The notes beneath the pieces were generated by a model. The model was not told the origin of the DNA and searched no databases. It saw only the letters and a program-made list of their open reading frames with translations. Both the position numbers and the translations under genes were made by a program. Shown in pieces: positions 20,722-23,056 of a stretch of DNA of 23,056 nt; position 1 is the first letter of the stretch; every line of letters starts with the position of its first letter. The DNA lies in the NCBI GenBank assembly GCA_051530055.1, contig JBMGUZ010000043.1, positions 1-23,056 of the forward strand, read 5' to 3'. The stretch comes from Neoechinorhynchus agilis (taxonomy: Eukaryota > Animalia > Acanthocephala).

Positions 20722-23056
20722 GTTTTATTTGTAAAACATGTTAAAGTTCCAAACGTGCAATCACCACCGTCCGCAAAATTGGAGCTTCTCTCCTTCCTCG
20801 CCTATCGGTATCACGCTAGCAGCATTGCCTCGTTGTACTGCAGGCGAGATATTTTGTCGCAGGAATACACCTACTCGTGCGTCACCGGTCGTTTCTCTTA
20901 ATTTCTTCGAGAGATCTTGGAGCAGAGTGCCGAGCTGCCAAGCGCCCCATACGACTCTACTCCGAAGGGGACAAAATAGTGGGCCCTTGCTAATTCTCCA
21001 TATTTTCGTACCCTCCTCTGGCGTCCCAGAGAAGGCATTTGTCCTCCCGTCACGGAAAGGACAAAATTCCGTCTGGTCGGCGACCGTCTAGTCGACAAAG
21101 ATGGGCGGGTTCCAAGATGTTGGGGAGGTTCGCCGTTCTCAACGCCCGAGAAATTACGCTGTTGATCTCAGAATGACGTGAGAACCTTCCTCCTGACCTT
21201 CTGCAGACGAGACCGTGTCGCCAGAAAGCATCAACCAAAGACCCACATCGACAGCGATGGGGCGTGCATATCGGAAGACCAAGTCTTAAGAACACTGCGA
21301 TCCTCGTTACCTCATCAGTGAGAAGAGTTCACACAGATGTCAGAGGAACAGCCTCCAACCACGGCCCCGATTCTCGTGTCGAAACTGCCAACAATCTAGC
21401 TCGGACGACTCTATCGCGAGAAACTGAAAGTAGAGAGCTGTGAGCTCTCGCGACAAGAGGTCCGTCCCAGATCGACTGTCTAGGCCATTCACGGGAACAT
21501 GGTTAGCGCCTCTCTGCTGGCACCATTCCTCGACCGCCACCACGAAATCCCGGTCAAGACAGAACTTTTCCTTCAAAATGTTCTTCGAGAATGGTAGGCA
21601 CCCCTCAAACGATCCAAGAAAGGCCGGCAAAGCAAGGTCGACTAGTGCCCGAATTCCCAATCCCTTGGATGACACAGGCAATGAAGCTTGTCGCCACACC
21701 TCATCTGAGCGCTGGAAATTTAAAATACGCTCGAGACAAGCCCTCGCCTTGTTGTCGAGCTTAGCCAATCCTTCCTTATGTTTGAAGAGTGTTGCTGTGC
21801 GGACCTTATATAACAATTTGGGGATAAAGAGTGCGTTCTTTATAAGAAATAACGTCTCGTGAACCGAGAGAGCGCTCACCCTATCGCACAACAACGAAAG
21901 TTTCGGTATGATACGGCCGATCTCAGCTTCCACATTTGAATCTAAGACGCAACTACCCAGGAGGCTGAGTTGCTCTGGAGTCACGAGTTTCAGACCTGAA
22001 GCTACGGCTTCGAACCCATCCATTAGCTCCTTGACTTTGGTGGCGTCTTCGATATTTATTACTAGAAGCTCACACTTTCCATCATTGAGCTCAACGCCCA
22101 ATCTCGCAGTCTCCCTCATCAGCGTCTCCAAATCGCGCAGTACAACGAAGGGATCACCTCCGAGCGTAGCGTCATCCAAGTGCCAAGAATTGAAGCTGGA
22201 TTGGAGAGAGTGCGCTATTGGATTTACTGTTAGAGAGAATGCGGTTGGACCGAGAGGATCTCCTTGCTGCACTCCTCTTTCGGACCAAATGAGACGGTCC
22301 TCGAAAAGCAAAGGAGTCGCATTCGCGTAGGCATTGAGAAAATACTAAAAGGCTTCTGGTGCGTGATCCCTAATAGAGCAGAACATGCTTTCTCTATTGA
22401 GAGGTTTAAAGGCATTATGAAAATCGCACTTAAGAATCACGCACGGCTCTGAGCTTCTCGTAGCAAAGTTTCGGAGCGAGTGGACAACAGCTTCCGCCCC
22501 GCAGGATGTGCAGCAGCCCAGTTGGACTGGGCGTAGTTGTTGCTCGGTTTTCTCTGTGATACGTTTACAGTGAATTTTTCCTGCGAGTCGGCGTATCGTC
22601 GAAGATACGGCGATAGGACGGATCCCACTTTCTTTTTTTGTTAGCGCACACAATGAGGCTTCGAAAAATAGGTCCTTTGCAACGGGGTTCAGGTCCTCTC
22701 CAGTCAGGCCGTCGACTATTCGAGAATGCGCACTTCCTAGAGAGAGAGAGCTGCTTCACCAGTTGAAAACGACATCATGTCCTTTAGGTGCTGAGGCCTT
22801 AGTCCGCCAAGCCCGTGACCCGAACCATTTGCAAAAGTTGAGATGGCCTTTTTAATCTCTCAAATTTGAGTGGGCGTCCTGTCTTGTATGGGAGGAGATG
22901 GAATTTCAAAACTTCCGTTAATACATGGGTGCTTCGACCGGAGTATTTGTAGCTTCTCGCTGTCTCCTTTTTGCGAAACTGTCGGAGGATGACAATAACC
23001 GAACAGCCCCCCGAACATCCCCGTCCGCAAGCTTCGAAGAGACACGTTCAGTCAGG
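20722..23056 (-). mobile_element. CRE-clade non-LTR retrotransposon, copy 2, decayed, 5' part outside the window
   Basis: KLADGDVRGAVRLL, FANGSGHGLGGLRPQHLKDMM, KKESGIRPIAV, KCDFHNAF, QQGDPLGP, WHLDD (HLDD at 22171-22182), KGLGIR, CRCG...HGLVC, EP...RRPDG, FVPFGVES and AVQRGNAAS...GRW*. AATAAA at 20729-20724. Several stops and frameshifts. Confidence 0.9.

Noticed and set aside
10868-21331. UGA read as Trp (alternative genetic code), suggested by in-frame TGA at conserved Trp positions in CRE copies (10868-10870 and 21050-21052)
   Set aside because: TGA also replaces conserved Gly codons (11891-11893 and 21329-21331), TGG is used for Trp throughout, and the same elements carry TAG stops and frameshifts. 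Ordinary decay explains it.

Overview
This is AT-rich eukaryotic, probably animal, genomic DNA. The evidence is short GT-AG introns, a RING/B-box/coiled-coil gene and metazoan-type retroelements; the species cannot be determined. The window is mostly a graveyard of retrotransposons from four groups. (1) Three divergent CRE-clade RT plus restriction-like endonuclease elements, all on the minus strand: one near full length (10097-13220), one running off the right edge (about 20722-23056) and a 3' fragment joined head-to-tail to it (20445-20716). (2) An APE-type LINE relic with a zinc-knuckle ORF1 (about 6200-8710, +). (3) Penelope-like (RT plus GIY-YIG) relics (5924-6130 on -, 14981-15810 on +). 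(4) An RTE relic (16263-16833, +). Host-like genes are a TRIM-like gene that may be decaying (3545-4349) and a predicted tail-anchored membrane protein (17635-18243, -). The most notable structure is an inverted repeat with two 104-bp arms at 100/104 identity (14520-14756). Each arm carries a hammerhead-ribozyme-like core followed by AATAAA, and it lies just upstream of the decayed Penelope ORF. Everything was read by eye, with no database searches or folding runs. I found no convincing new multi-gene system; the findings are candidates for testing.
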